64,000 bases of DNA from assembly GCA_963596015.1 (NCBI GenBank), contig CAVBJS010000007.1, positions 7,073 to 71,072 on the forward strand. Direction: 5' to 3'. The position numbers and the translations under genes are program-made. Below are positions 31,769 through 40,593 of the stretch, piece after piece (the first letter of the stretch is position 1; the number at the start of each line of letters is the position of its first letter). This stretch comes from Bacteroidaceae bacterium. Lineage in GTDB: Bacteria > Bacillota > Clostridia > Lachnospirales > Lachnospiraceae. The notes beneath the pieces were generated by a model, which did no database searches, had not been told where the DNA came from, and saw only the letters and a program-made list of their open reading frames with translations.

Positions 31769-32614
31769 TCACGCCAATATTATTTCCTGCAGTCTGCCGT
31801 AGGCTGCCTTGTAGGCTGCCACCTTATCTGTCCGTATCTTGTCTGCGCCTGCTTTTTCCAGTTTTTCAAAGCCTGCAAATAAAGTAAGGTGGGGCTCTAA
31901 GCTTAAAAATCCGTCATAGCCGCTTCTCTCCAGCTCTCCAAGGATCTTTCTTACATTTCCATCGCCGTCACCGGCAAGGACCACTTCACCGTTTTCCCCC
32001 AGTGCATCCTTTACATGCACATAGGCAATGTACGGCTTCAGCATTTCATAGGCCTCTATGGTATCCTGGCCGCACTGCACGAAATTGGCGAAATCGAATA
32101 CTGCTTTATAATATGCACTGCTGAATTCTTCCATCAGCTTTTGGCATCTGATGGCTTTATCTCCGTAGATTCCTTTCTCATTTTCATGCAAAAGAATGAT
32201 CCCCTTCTTTTCTGCTGCGGAGATCATTTTTTCCGTCCGTCTGCATACTTCATCCGTATAACGTTCCGGATCCTCTCCCTCCGGAATATAGAAGCTGAAC
32301 ATGCGGATATAGGAAGTCTCAAACAGCTGTGCCAGCTCTAAGGTGTGCGCCAGCTTCTCCATATGAGGTTCAAAGTCATCCAGGATCCCGATCTTTCCAA
32401 TAGGGGAACCCAAAGAGGATACGCGGATGCCTGCCTTATTTAATTTTTCCTTTACGCTTTGTGCCTGCGGGATCGTCAGATCCGATACATTGATCTCGTC
32501 TGCACTTCGCAGTTCAATATAGGTCTGTCCCAATTCTTTTAATACTTCGATCTGTCTGTCCAGGCTGCCATCGATTTCGTCGGCAAATCCCGATATTTTA
32601 CAATCCTTCAGCAT
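31769..32614 (-). CDS. Sugar phosphate isomerase/epimerase (AP endonuclease 2 / xylose-isomerase-like TIM barrel)
   Basis: ISGFADEI, LLHENEK, FDFANF, YVHVKD, LSLEPH; extension to 32791 is repeat-derived. Confidence 0.88.
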   Translation of the reverse strand: MLKDCKISGFADEIDGSLDRQIEVLKELGQTYIELRSADEINVSDLTIPQAQSVKEKLNKAGIRVSSLGSPIGKIGILDDFEPHMEKLAHTLELAQLFETSYIRMFSFYIPEGEDPERYTDEVCRRTEKMISAAEKKGIILLHENEKGIYGDKAIRCQKLMEEFSSAYYKAVFDFANFVQCGQDTIEAYEMLKPYIAYVHVKDALGENGEVVLAGDGDGNVRKILGELERSGYDGFLSLEPHLTLFAGFEKLEKAGADKIRTDKVAAYKAAYGRLQEIILA

Positions 32615-32796
32615 AATTTCCCTTTCTTGCCACAGCTTACTGTCTTGCCACAGCTTACTGCGGCGCCGTGAGGAGAATCTCGCGCAGGCGGATTCTCCGA
32701 TATGATATGTATCTATGCGATGTGATCTGTACCTATGTCGTTTAGGGTATAGGTACTGTTTGAAAGAAATGCTCCTGCGCATTTCTTTCAAACTTT
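32615..32796 (-). repeat. Four-hairpin element, full copy C with internal duplications
   Basis: H1-H4 all present on minus strand; 18 bp duplication (32625-32660) and ~20 bp imperfect duplication (32698-32737). Confidence 0.92.
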
Positions 32797-32797
32797 C

Positions 32798-32851
32798 TTA
32801 TCCTTTCAGTCCTGCTTATCCTTTCTGTCCTACTCATCCCTTCAGGCCGGA
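32798..32851 (-). repeat. 3 x 18 bp tandem repeat of the permease 3' end
   Basis: Minus strand encodes SGLKG*, VGQKG*, AGLKG* consecutively. Confidence 0.8.
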
Positions 32852-33679
32852 TGTTGCCACACCTTCTACCAGATACTTCTGGAAGAAGACAAAGAGTAAG
32901 AAAATGGGGATCAGGGAAACGGTGGCCATGGCAAACATTGCGCCGTAATCCGATGACGATCCCGGATCGCTGAATAATTTCAGCGCCAGTGATGCCGGAT
33001 AGCTGGCCGGTTCATCTATATATAACAGTGCCGACATGAAATCATCCCATCTCCACATAAAGGAGAAAATGGTAGTCGTGATAAGAGAAGGTGTCATCAG
33101 CGGAAAGATGATCTTGCAGAAGATCCCAAAGTAGGAACAGCCGTCAATTTTGGCTGCCTCGTCCAGTTCTTTGGGAATTCCGTTGATGAAATTCATCATC
33201 AGATACACGAAGAATCCCTGTATGGCAAACCAGAAAGGAATGATCAAAGGCTTATAACTTCCGACCCATCCCAGTTTCTGGTACCACAGATATTGCGGCA
33301 CCATGAGGATCTGGCCCGGTATCATCATAGAAAGCAGCATTGCCGTAAACAGCAACTTTTTCCCCGGAAACTTACACCTAGAAAATGCATAGGCAACACA
33401 GGCAGAAGACAATACGGTTCCAACGGTGGCCGTAACGGCGATAAACAGGGAATTGGCAAAGAATTTGGCAAAGGATACACCCGCAAATCCCTTCCAGCCA
33501 TTGATGTAATTCTGCAACGTAAATTTGTCCGGGATCAGTTTCTCCGCGGTGGTAAAGATGGTATTGGATTCCTTAAAAGAACTCATGACCATCCACACCA
33601 ACGGATAGATCATCATCAGACCGATGCCGCAGACCAGCACATGGTAAATAATATTTAAAGCTCTTCTCTTCTCTTTCAT
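32834..33679 (-). CDS. Carbohydrate ABC transporter permease (YesQ-like)
   Basis: YPLVWM, ELDEAAKIDG, WDDF, FQKYLVEGVATSGLKG. Confidence 0.92.
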   Translation of the reverse strand: MKEKRRALNIIYHVLVCGIGLMMIYPLVWMVMSSFKESNTIFTTAEKLIPDKFTLQNYINGWKGFAGVSFAKFFANSLFIAVTATVGTVLSSACVAYAFSRCKFPGKKLLFTAMLLSMMIPGQILMVPQYLWYQKLGWVGSYKPLIIPFWFAIQGFFVYLMMNFINGIPKELDEAAKIDGCSYFGIFCKIIFPLMTPSLITTTIFSFMWRWDDFMSALLYIDEPASYPASLALKLFSDPGSSSDYGAMFAMATVSLIPIFLLFVFFQKYLVEGVATSGLKG

Positions 33680-33700
33680 TGTTTTCCTTTCTTGCCACAG
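33680..33700 (-). repeat. Minimal remnant of the element 3' end (H4 arm + RBS)
   Basis: CCTTTCTTGCCACAG (33686-33700) is identical to 32621-32635. Confidence 0.5.
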
Positions 33701-33701
33701 G

Positions 33702-34595
33702 TTAGTTTTCTTCATAAACCCAGAATTTCTTTGTGGCGAACAAAACAAGTGTGACGGCACCGATGATCACCAGCATGACCCACGCCATTGCAGAGGCATA
33801 TCCCGCTTTATTAAACATAAAGGACTGCTTGTACATATATACGGCATAAAACAGTGTGGAATCCATGGGTTTGCCGTCGGTGATGATAAGGCTCTGGGTA
33901 AATGCCAGAAATCCGCTGATCATCTGCATCACCAGGTTAAAGAAGATCGTAGGAGTCAAAAGAGGCAGGGTTATCTTGAAAAACCGCTTGGTCCAGTTGG
34001 CACCGTCTACGGAAGCTGCCTCGTAAAGGGTGGTGGGGATCTGCTTTAATGCCGACAAAAAGATCAGCATGGAAGAACCGAACTGCCATACGGCAAGAAT
34101 GATCAATGTCCACATGGCCGTATTCTTAGAGCCCAGCCAGGCATAACTACAATCGATTCCCACGGCCTGCAGCAGGCTGTTGACCACACCGTCTGTTGCG
34201 AACATTCTTTTCCATAAGATCGCCACAGCCACAGAACCACCGATAATAGAAGGAAGATAATACGCTGCTCTGTAAAAGGCAGTGGCCTTTGTGGTCTTAA
34301 AAAGGATCAACGCTACGATCAATGCGAACAAAAGCCGCAGCGGCACAGATACCAATGCAAAGTAAAGGGTTGCCTTTAATGAAGTAAAAAAGGTTTCATC
34401 ATTAGTAAACATGGTAATGTAATTCTTAAGCCCCACAAACCTGGGTGCAGACAAGATGTCATAATCGCACAAGGAATAGTAAAATGACATCACCATAGGC
34501 ACCAACATAAACACGAAGAAACCGATGATAAACGGCAGACTCATTATGATCCCCGCCGTACTTTCTTTATTACATAATTTCCGCAACCTGTTCAT
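33702..34595 (-). CDS. Carbohydrate ABC transporter permease (YesP-like)
   Basis: YYLPS, LYEAASVDGA, ITLPLLTP, GYASAMAW; GGAGG before the second ATG. Confidence 0.92.
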   Translation of the reverse strand: MNRLRKLCNKESTAGIIMSLPFIIGFFVFMLVPMVMSFYYSLCDYDILSAPRFVGLKNYITMFTNDETFFTSLKATLYFALVSVPLRLLFALIVALILFKTTKATAFYRAAYYLPSIIGGSVAVAILWKRMFATDGVVNSLLQAVGIDCSYAWLGSKNTAMWTLIILAVWQFGSSMLIFLSALKQIPTTLYEAASVDGANWTKRFFKITLPLLTPTIFFNLVMQMISGFLAFTQSLIITDGKPMDSTLFYAVYMYKQSFMFNKAGYASAMAWVMLVIIGAVTLVLFATKKFWVYEEN

Positions 34596-34642
34596 AATCC
34601 TCCCATCCTTTCTGTTCATTGCCAGTTGCTTTTATCTGGCTG

Positions 34643-34740
34643 TAGTATAGTATTTCCATTCCGGCAACAGAATTCAAAAAAACCACTTCCCATCGCAAAA
34701 ACATGGTCATTTTTGGTAAAAAAGTGTCTTTTGGTAAAAA
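34643..34740 (-). promoter_or_regulatory. Promoter with candidate activator site (copy 2)
   Basis: TATACT -10 on minus strand and GTGTCTTTTGGTAAAAA (34724-34740) preceded by a second TTTTGGTAAAAA. Confidence 0.65.
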
Positions 34741-34855
34741 ATAGACTTGATCTTCAAAATCTTGAATCCCCATTTTTCGTCTGCTATATTTTTTATAGTA
34801 AGGTTGTTTCCAAAGGGGATACAGAAGACAAGCTTCAACTAGAAAGGAAAACACG

Positions 34856-36631
34856 ATGCACTCTGCTTTCAACAGACTTTCCATCAAACAGAAATTCCTG
34901 TATATCTTATCCGGAGGCATCCTTTTTCTGTCTGTCATCAGTTTTCTGTGCTTTCACAGTATTTCAAAAACATACGAAAAGGCACTGTATCAATCCGTAT
35001 CCAATACACTTTCCTATTCTTCCGAAAATATTTTATTGAAAACGAAGAACATTGAAGCTGTCAGCGAACAGATCCTCGGAGACCAGAGCATCCAGACCTA
35101 TCTCTCCGATCTTTGCAGCGAAGATACACTTTCCGGACAAAATGTGCTGATGGGCTCTCTTTATCGTAAGCTGACCAATTATCTTTTCAGCTATGACAGG
35201 ACCATCAACATCTCCAGTATTTCCATCCTGACAACCAATGATTTTTTTGTCAGCACTGCTTCCAACCAGGCCAAAACCCTGCCGGAAGAAGTTTTAAATG
35301 CACTGGTGGAGAAGGCCGTCAGCGGCGATGGCGCCTCGGTCTGGTTTACCGGCTATGCAGACAGCTATGGCGTTTTTCTCGTAAAAGAAATAAAGCAGAC
35401 CGATGGATTGAGTCTGCTTCCTCTTGGATATCTTATGATCAAAGTAGATATTTCTGCCCTGATGGAGCAATCGGTTTCTTATCTGGATTCCGACCACAGC
35501 GCCTATCTGCTTTCTGCCGGGGCAGATACGCTTTATAAGAGCAGCTCCTTTTCTCCTGCATTGTCGGATTTTCTGGACCGGAAGATTTACGGTTACCGGA
35601 TCATGAATCTTGACCATACAAAGTATTTTGCGGTTTATCACCGAATTTCCGGTCTGGGCTGGGATTATTTTTGCATGTTACCCTACAATTCCATTTTCCT
35701 GACCATCCGCATCGCCAAAGCACTCTGCATTTTTGCCTTTGTATTCTGTCTTTTCAGCACTCTTTTTGTATCATCCAGGCTGCTTGGCTCCCTACTGTAC
35801 TCTATTGATCTTCTTGTGAAAAAGATGAAGGCATTTGGAAACAATACCTATTCCGCCTCCGATTTTACGGACAACGCTTCGGAACGCCCTGACGAGATCG
35901 GCCTTCTGCACCGCACCTTTGATGACATGGTATCCCGGATCAATACCCTTGTTTTTGACAATTATGCCAATGAGCTCTTACGGCGGGATGCGCAGATCAA
36001 GGCCATGGAAAATCAGATCAATCCCCACTTTTTATATAACACGCTGGACACCATCAACTGGAAGGCAAAGGCAATAGGTGCCCAGGATATCATGAAGATC
36101 TCCCAGTCCCTTGGCAGTCTCCTGCGGGTTACTTTAAAAAGCACAGACAGTCCCTATACCATTTCCGAGGAGCTGGCTGTCCTTCAGAGCTATATAACCA
36201 TTCAGCAGCAGCGCTACGGGGAGAAACTGGATTTTCAGAGTTCCGTTCCCCAGGAATATTACGGATACCGTATCCCCAAGCTGATGCTGCAGCCTTTACT
36301 GGAAAATGCCATTTACTACGGACTGGAAGAAAGCACGGATATCTGCCATATATCTTTAAAGGCCTTTCGGACACAGGAATTTCTTGTATTTCAGGTAAAA
36401 AACAGCGGATCCTCTTTCGAAGAAGATCTTCTGGAGAAGCTCCGCACAAAAGAAATCCTTCCCCATGGACACGGCATAGGCCTTCTGAACATTGATAAAC
36501 GGTTAAAGCTTACTTACGGAGATGCTTACGGATTGAGATTGTATAACAGAGATGATCTTGTATTAGCGGAAGAATATGCCGTTGCGGAGCTTTGCCTGCC
36601 CTTACCGGATAAGGAGGATCCTACATGTTAA
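34856..36631 (+). CDS. Sensor histidine kinase, YesM-like (HAMP + His_kinase)
   Basis: Two TM segments, QINPHFLYNTL, LQPLLENA, GIGLLNI. Confidence 0.92.
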   Translation: MHSAFNRLSIKQKFLYILSGGILFLSVISFLCFHSISKTYEKALYQSVSNTLSYSSENILLKTKNIEAVSEQILGDQSIQTYLSDLCSEDTLSGQNVLMGSLYRKLTNYLFSYDRTINISSISILTTNDFFVSTASNQAKTLPEEVLNALVEKAVSGDGASVWFTGYADSYGVFLVKEIKQTDGLSLLPLGYLMIKVDISALMEQSVSYLDSDHSAYLLSAGADTLYKSSSFSPALSDFLDRKIYGYRIMNLDHTKYFAVYHRISGLGWDYFCMLPYNSIFLTIRIAKALCIFAFVFCLFSTLFVSSRLLGSLLYSIDLLVKKMKAFGNNTYSASDFTDNASERPDEIGLLHRTFDDMVSRINTLVFDNYANELLRRDAQIKAMENQINPHFLYNTLDTINWKAKAIGAQDIMKISQSLGSLLRVTLKSTDSPYTISEELAVLQSYITIQQQRYGEKLDFQSSVPQEYYGYRIPKLMLQPLLENAIYYGLEESTDICHISLKAFRTQEFLVFQVKNSGSSFEEDLLEKLRTKEILPHGHGIGLLNIDKRLKLTYGDAYGLRLYNRDDLVLAEEYAVAELCLPLPDKEDPTC

Positions 36632-38142
36632 AACTGCTTCTTGTTGATGATGAAGAAATCATTCGCAATACCATTGCCTCTTCTGTAGACTGGGAGTCCT
36701 ATGGCATCAGCCTGATCGGCACCTGCCCGGATGGGGTTGAGGCCTATCATACTATTCTGGATGAGATTCCGGATATTGTAATGACGGACATCCGTATGCC
36801 GGGTATTTCCGGTCTGGAACTGGTAGAACGTATCGCAAAGACCGATCTGAATGTGCACTTTATCATTCTTTCCGGATACGGTGAATTTGAATATGCCAAG
36901 CGGGCCATGAAATGCGGCGTAAAGCATTATCTGCTCAAGCCCTGCGACACTACCCAGATTGAAGACTGTCTGAAAGAAGTGGCCACAGAATGCAGAAACG
37001 ATCATTGGCAAAGCAATGCTCCTTCCAATAGTATGTTTGGGCAGCTGCGCCAGACGCTGCTCCGGAACATTATCAGTGACGGCTGTTCTCTGGATGAACT
37101 CACCCCTGCATTCTATGATCGCTTTGAGCAATATCTGGACCTGCATGATACGCCCTATCAGGTCTGTTATATCTATTATCTGGAACAGAATAATCTGGAT
37201 ATCGCATTGGTTCAGATCAACCGGTTTCTGACCAATATAGCACCGGATCTGGAAGTAGGAAAACTGTACGTCCGCAATACGCTGATCTTTTATTTTCCCA
37301 ATTTTGATCCTGATTACAAAGCCTTTGATTCCTTTTTCAAAAGCCTGTCCATTTCAGGGCAGTCTGTAGAAACGGAATATCAGCGGGTTTCTTTTCCGGA
37401 TCTGCAGTCCGTTTTGGATACCATCATCCAGAAGCTGCGAAGATATGATATGTTTTGGTTTCTCACGAAGGAAGGCATGAAGGAGAATTTTAACTACGGA
37501 AAGATCACCATGCAATGCAGTCACATGATCGCAGCACTGCTTCGCGCCTCCGCCGAAAAGCGCCCGGCGATCATCGCCGACTTTACAGAACTGTTAGGCA
37601 GCATTACCAATGTACATTTTCTCCTCCAGCTGACAGATACTGCCCTCATCCAGATCACCTCTTCCCTGAACGGTGAATCCATGGACAATATAGTCAGTTT
37701 CCTGCTTTCCCTTCATAAGCTGGAAGATGCTCCCGACATTATCAAGGCGTTTACGGAGAAACTGAAGGAAGTGCTCGGCGCAGCCCCTGCATTGGAAAAC
37801 TCCTACAGTCCGTTTATAGAAAAGACCATCGCATACCTGAACACTCACTTATCCAATCCGGACCTTACCTTAAAATGGATCTCGGAAAACTATCTGTATA
37901 TGAATGTAAACTATGTCAGCCGCTGCTTTTATAAAGAAACAGGGGAAAAGTTTTCTACGTATCTTATGAACCTGCGGATCGAAAAAGCCAAACAGATCTT
38001 TATGGAAACGCCGGATATTCCCATTCATGAGGTAGCGGAGCAGGTAGGCTGCGGAAACAATCCGTACTATTTTAACCGTATTTTTAAAAAAGGCACCGGC
38101 ATGTCTCCCAGCATGTGTGTAAAACGCCTGCATGACCGTTAA
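36625..38142 (+). CDS. Response regulator, YesN-like (receiver + AraC HTH)
   Basis: LLVDDE, TDIRMP, YLLKP; C-terminal AraC HTH. Confidence 0.92.
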   Translation: MLKLLLVDDEEIIRNTIASSVDWESYGISLIGTCPDGVEAYHTILDEIPDIVMTDIRMPGISGLELVERIAKTDLNVHFIILSGYGEFEYAKRAMKCGVKHYLLKPCDTTQIEDCLKEVATECRNDHWQSNAPSNSMFGQLRQTLLRNIISDGCSLDELTPAFYDRFEQYLDLHDTPYQVCYIYYLEQNNLDIALVQINRFLTNIAPDLEVGKLYVRNTLIFYFPNFDPDYKAFDSFFKSLSISGQSVETEYQRVSFPDLQSVLDTIIQKLRRYDMFWFLTKEGMKENFNYGKITMQCSHMIAALLRASAEKRPAIIADFTELLGSITNVHFLLQLTDTALIQITSSLNGESMDNIVSFLLSLHKLEDAPDIIKAFTEKLKEVLGAAPALENSYSPFIEKTIAYLNTHLSNPDLTLKWISENYLYMNVNYVSRCFYKETGEKFSTYLMNLRIEKAKQIFMETPDIPIHEVAEQVGCGNNPYYFNRIFKKGTGMSPSMCVKRLHDR

Positions 38143-39017
38143 GACACCGGTATGTTCATCACGGTCTCCTGCCATTCCTTCGGAGATAAACCGTACTCTT
38201 TGCGGAAGGCCTTATAGAATCCGGAATAATCCTTGAAGCCAAACAGCAGATAAACCTCGCTGATCTTCCCATTATTCCGGATGGCTTCCCTGCACGCCTC
38301 CAGTCTCTTTTTCTGAATATACCGGTGGATGGACATGCCGATATGATCCTTAAAAAGATGGGCGATATGATATTTACTGACATAGAATTCAGCCGCCATC
38401 TGATCCAGAGAAAGTTCCTCTTCCAGATGCTCTTCTATATATTCTATCAGTCTTTCTGACAACTGCTGCTCTTCTCCCACACTGCGCTCATGTCTCTCGT
38501 TATAAACCGTCCGGTTCAGATGTAAAAGCAGGTCCTGCACACACAGAGAAATCTTGGCTGCCTTTCCAAAACGGTTGGAATAGATCTCCTCCAGCAGATG
38601 GAACACTTTGGTCTGGATCGCATTAAAGGTGATCCGGTCGTGGTGAAATATGTACTCTCCCTTTGTCTGGGCCAACTGCATCAGATAGCCGTACTCCGGA
38701 GCTTCTTCCATCAGTCGGCTTAGGTAGTCTACCGTGATCCAGAACACAAATCTTCTGTAGGGTGTGCCCTCCCCATGGATGACGGCATGATGCTCCAATC
38801 CGGGAGGCACTACCGCCACATCGCCGTATTGCAGCGGATATTCCCTTCTATCGATCGCAAGAGACACATCCCCTTCCAGAAAAAAATAGATCTCGTAGTA
38901 ATCGTGGGTGTGGCTGGCCACCTGCTTCATATGTTGGTCTTTGTAATAGTAGATCTCAAAGTCCCTGGAGAGCATGTACTGTCTGGTATTAAATTTGGTA
39001 TTTAACTGTTTTTTCAT
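38139..39017 (-). CDS. AraC-family regulator with cupin sensor
   Basis: HTHDYYEIYF cupin; SKYHIAHLFK, GFKDYSGFYKAF. Confidence 0.9.
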   Translation of the reverse strand: MKKQLNTKFNTRQYMLSRDFEIYYYKDQHMKQVASHTHDYYEIYFFLEGDVSLAIDRREYPLQYGDVAVVPPGLEHHAVIHGEGTPYRRFVFWITVDYLSRLMEEAPEYGYLMQLAQTKGEYIFHHDRITFNAIQTKVFHLLEEIYSNRFGKAAKISLCVQDLLLHLNRTVYNERHERSVGEEQQLSERLIEYIEEHLEEELSLDQMAAEFYVSKYHIAHLFKDHIGMSIHRYIQKKRLEACREAIRNNGKISEVYLLFGFKDYSGFYKAFRKEYGLSPKEWQETVMNIPVS

Positions 39018-39370
39018 ACAGATCCTCTTTCACCCTAATCCACATTTCTGCGCAGATTTTTGCTGCGAAGCGACGATTAAAACCGCGGTTTCTCGTTTGC
39101 TTACAGGCATCTTTTTCACACCTTGCTCCCTGTCACCTTCCATTACATTTCATTCATCTTATAAATTCAGCCTACCATTTCACCGCAATTTTGGCAATGT
39201 GTACAACAACTCTGCCAATCGTTTTTTCCATAGGATTTTTCGATAATAAGACCAACGAAACTATTACAACGTAACTGTTGTTGCTGCGCAGTCGCCGACC
39301 AGAGAGCAAAGCGGCGACTGCCTCGTAACGAATTCTGTTTGCCATGTGCAAAGAAAGGATCTTATCTACT

Positions 39371-40447
39371 ATGGAAATGACACTTAGATGGTACGGCTCT
39401 AAATTCGATACCGTAACCTTAAAGCAGATCCGGCAGATCCCCGGCGTAACCGGCGTGATCACCACCCTGTACGACACTGCACCGGGAGAGGTCTGGAGCA
39501 GAGAGCGCATCCGCGCCATGAAAGAAGAAGTAGAAGCAAACGGCCTTCATGTAGCCGGCATTGAAAGCGTCAATGTCCATGATGCCATCAAGATCGGCAA
39601 TGCAGATCGGGATCTCTATATCGATCATTATATCGAAACTCTGGAAAATCTGGGAAAAGAGGACATTCATCTGGTCTGCTACAATTTCATGCCGGTCTTC
39701 GACTGGACCCGGACGGAGCTGGCCAGAAAACGTCCCGACGGCTCTACCGTCCTGGCCTATACCCAGGCTGCCGTGGACGCCTTAAACCCGGAGGATATGT
39801 TCCACTCCATCGCCGGTGATACCAACGGTTCCGTCATGCCGGGCTGGGAGCCGGAACGCATGGAGCATATCAAAGAGCTTTTTGCCATGTACAAGGATGT
39901 GGATGAGGAGAAGCTCTTTGAAAATCTGAAATATTTCCTGGAGCGCATCATGCCGGTCTGCAATAAATATGACATCAATATGGCTATCCATCCCGATGAT
40001 CCCGCCTGGAGTGTGTTCGGCCTTCCCAGGATCATCATCAATCAGAAGAATATCCTGCGCATGATGGAAATGGTGGATGATCCCCACAACGGCGTCACCT
40101 TCTGCTCCGGTTCCTACGGGACCAACCTGGAAAATGATCTGCCCGGTATGATCCGTGCCTTAAAGGGAAGAATCCACTTCGCCCATGTGCGCAACCTGAA
40201 ATTCAATTCTCCCACGGATTTTGAAGAAGCGGCCCATCTGTCCAGTGACGGCTCCTTTGATATGTATGAGATCATGAAGGCCCTGTACGACATTGATTTT
40301 CAGGGCCCCATCCGTCCGGATCACGGCCGCATGATCTGGGATGAAGTGGCCATGCCCGGATACGGACTCTACGACAGAGCCCTTGGCGCCACCTACTTAA
40401 ACGGACTCTGGGAAGCCATCAGTAAGTCTTCCGGAAAGGATCGGTAA
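39371..40447 (+). CDS. uxuA: Mannonate dehydratase
   Basis: MEMTLRWYG, CYNFMPVFDWTRT, AIHPDDP, RPDHGR, GYGLYDRALG. Confidence 0.95.
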   Translation: MEMTLRWYGSKFDTVTLKQIRQIPGVTGVITTLYDTAPGEVWSRERIRAMKEEVEANGLHVAGIESVNVHDAIKIGNADRDLYIDHYIETLENLGKEDIHLVCYNFMPVFDWTRTELARKRPDGSTVLAYTQAAVDALNPEDMFHSIAGDTNGSVMPGWEPERMEHIKELFAMYKDVDEEKLFENLKYFLERIMPVCNKYDINMAIHPDDPAWSVFGLPRIIINQKNILRMMEMVDDPHNGVTFCSGSYGTNLENDLPGMIRALKGRIHFAHVRNLKFNSPTDFEEAAHLSSDGSFDMYEIMKALYDIDFQGPIRPDHGRMIWDEVAMPGYGLYDRALGATYLNGLWEAISKSSGKDR

Positions 40448-40448
40448 T

Positions 40449-40593
40449 AAAATTTGAAAGAAATACCTGATGGCATTTCTTTCAAACTGCATTGATGTCG
40501 AAAACGACATCAATGCATATCGCATCGGAGAATTCGCCTTCGCGAAATTCTCCTCACGGTGCCGCAGACAAGCTGTGGCATAAGGAGGAAACC
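40449..40593 (+). repeat. Four-hairpin element, full copy D
   Basis: H1-H4 between the uxuA stop and the next ATG, ending TAAGGAGGAAACC-ATG. Confidence 0.95.

Noticed and set aside
40492..40593. Shared N-terminal peptide SENSPxRNSPH on ORFs at 40492, 51045 and 23875 (also extensions at 32791 and 57197)
   Set aside because: Translation of the repeat element; strong RBSs mark the downstream true starts and copy A is out of frame with potD. Still useful as a protein-database search handle for the element
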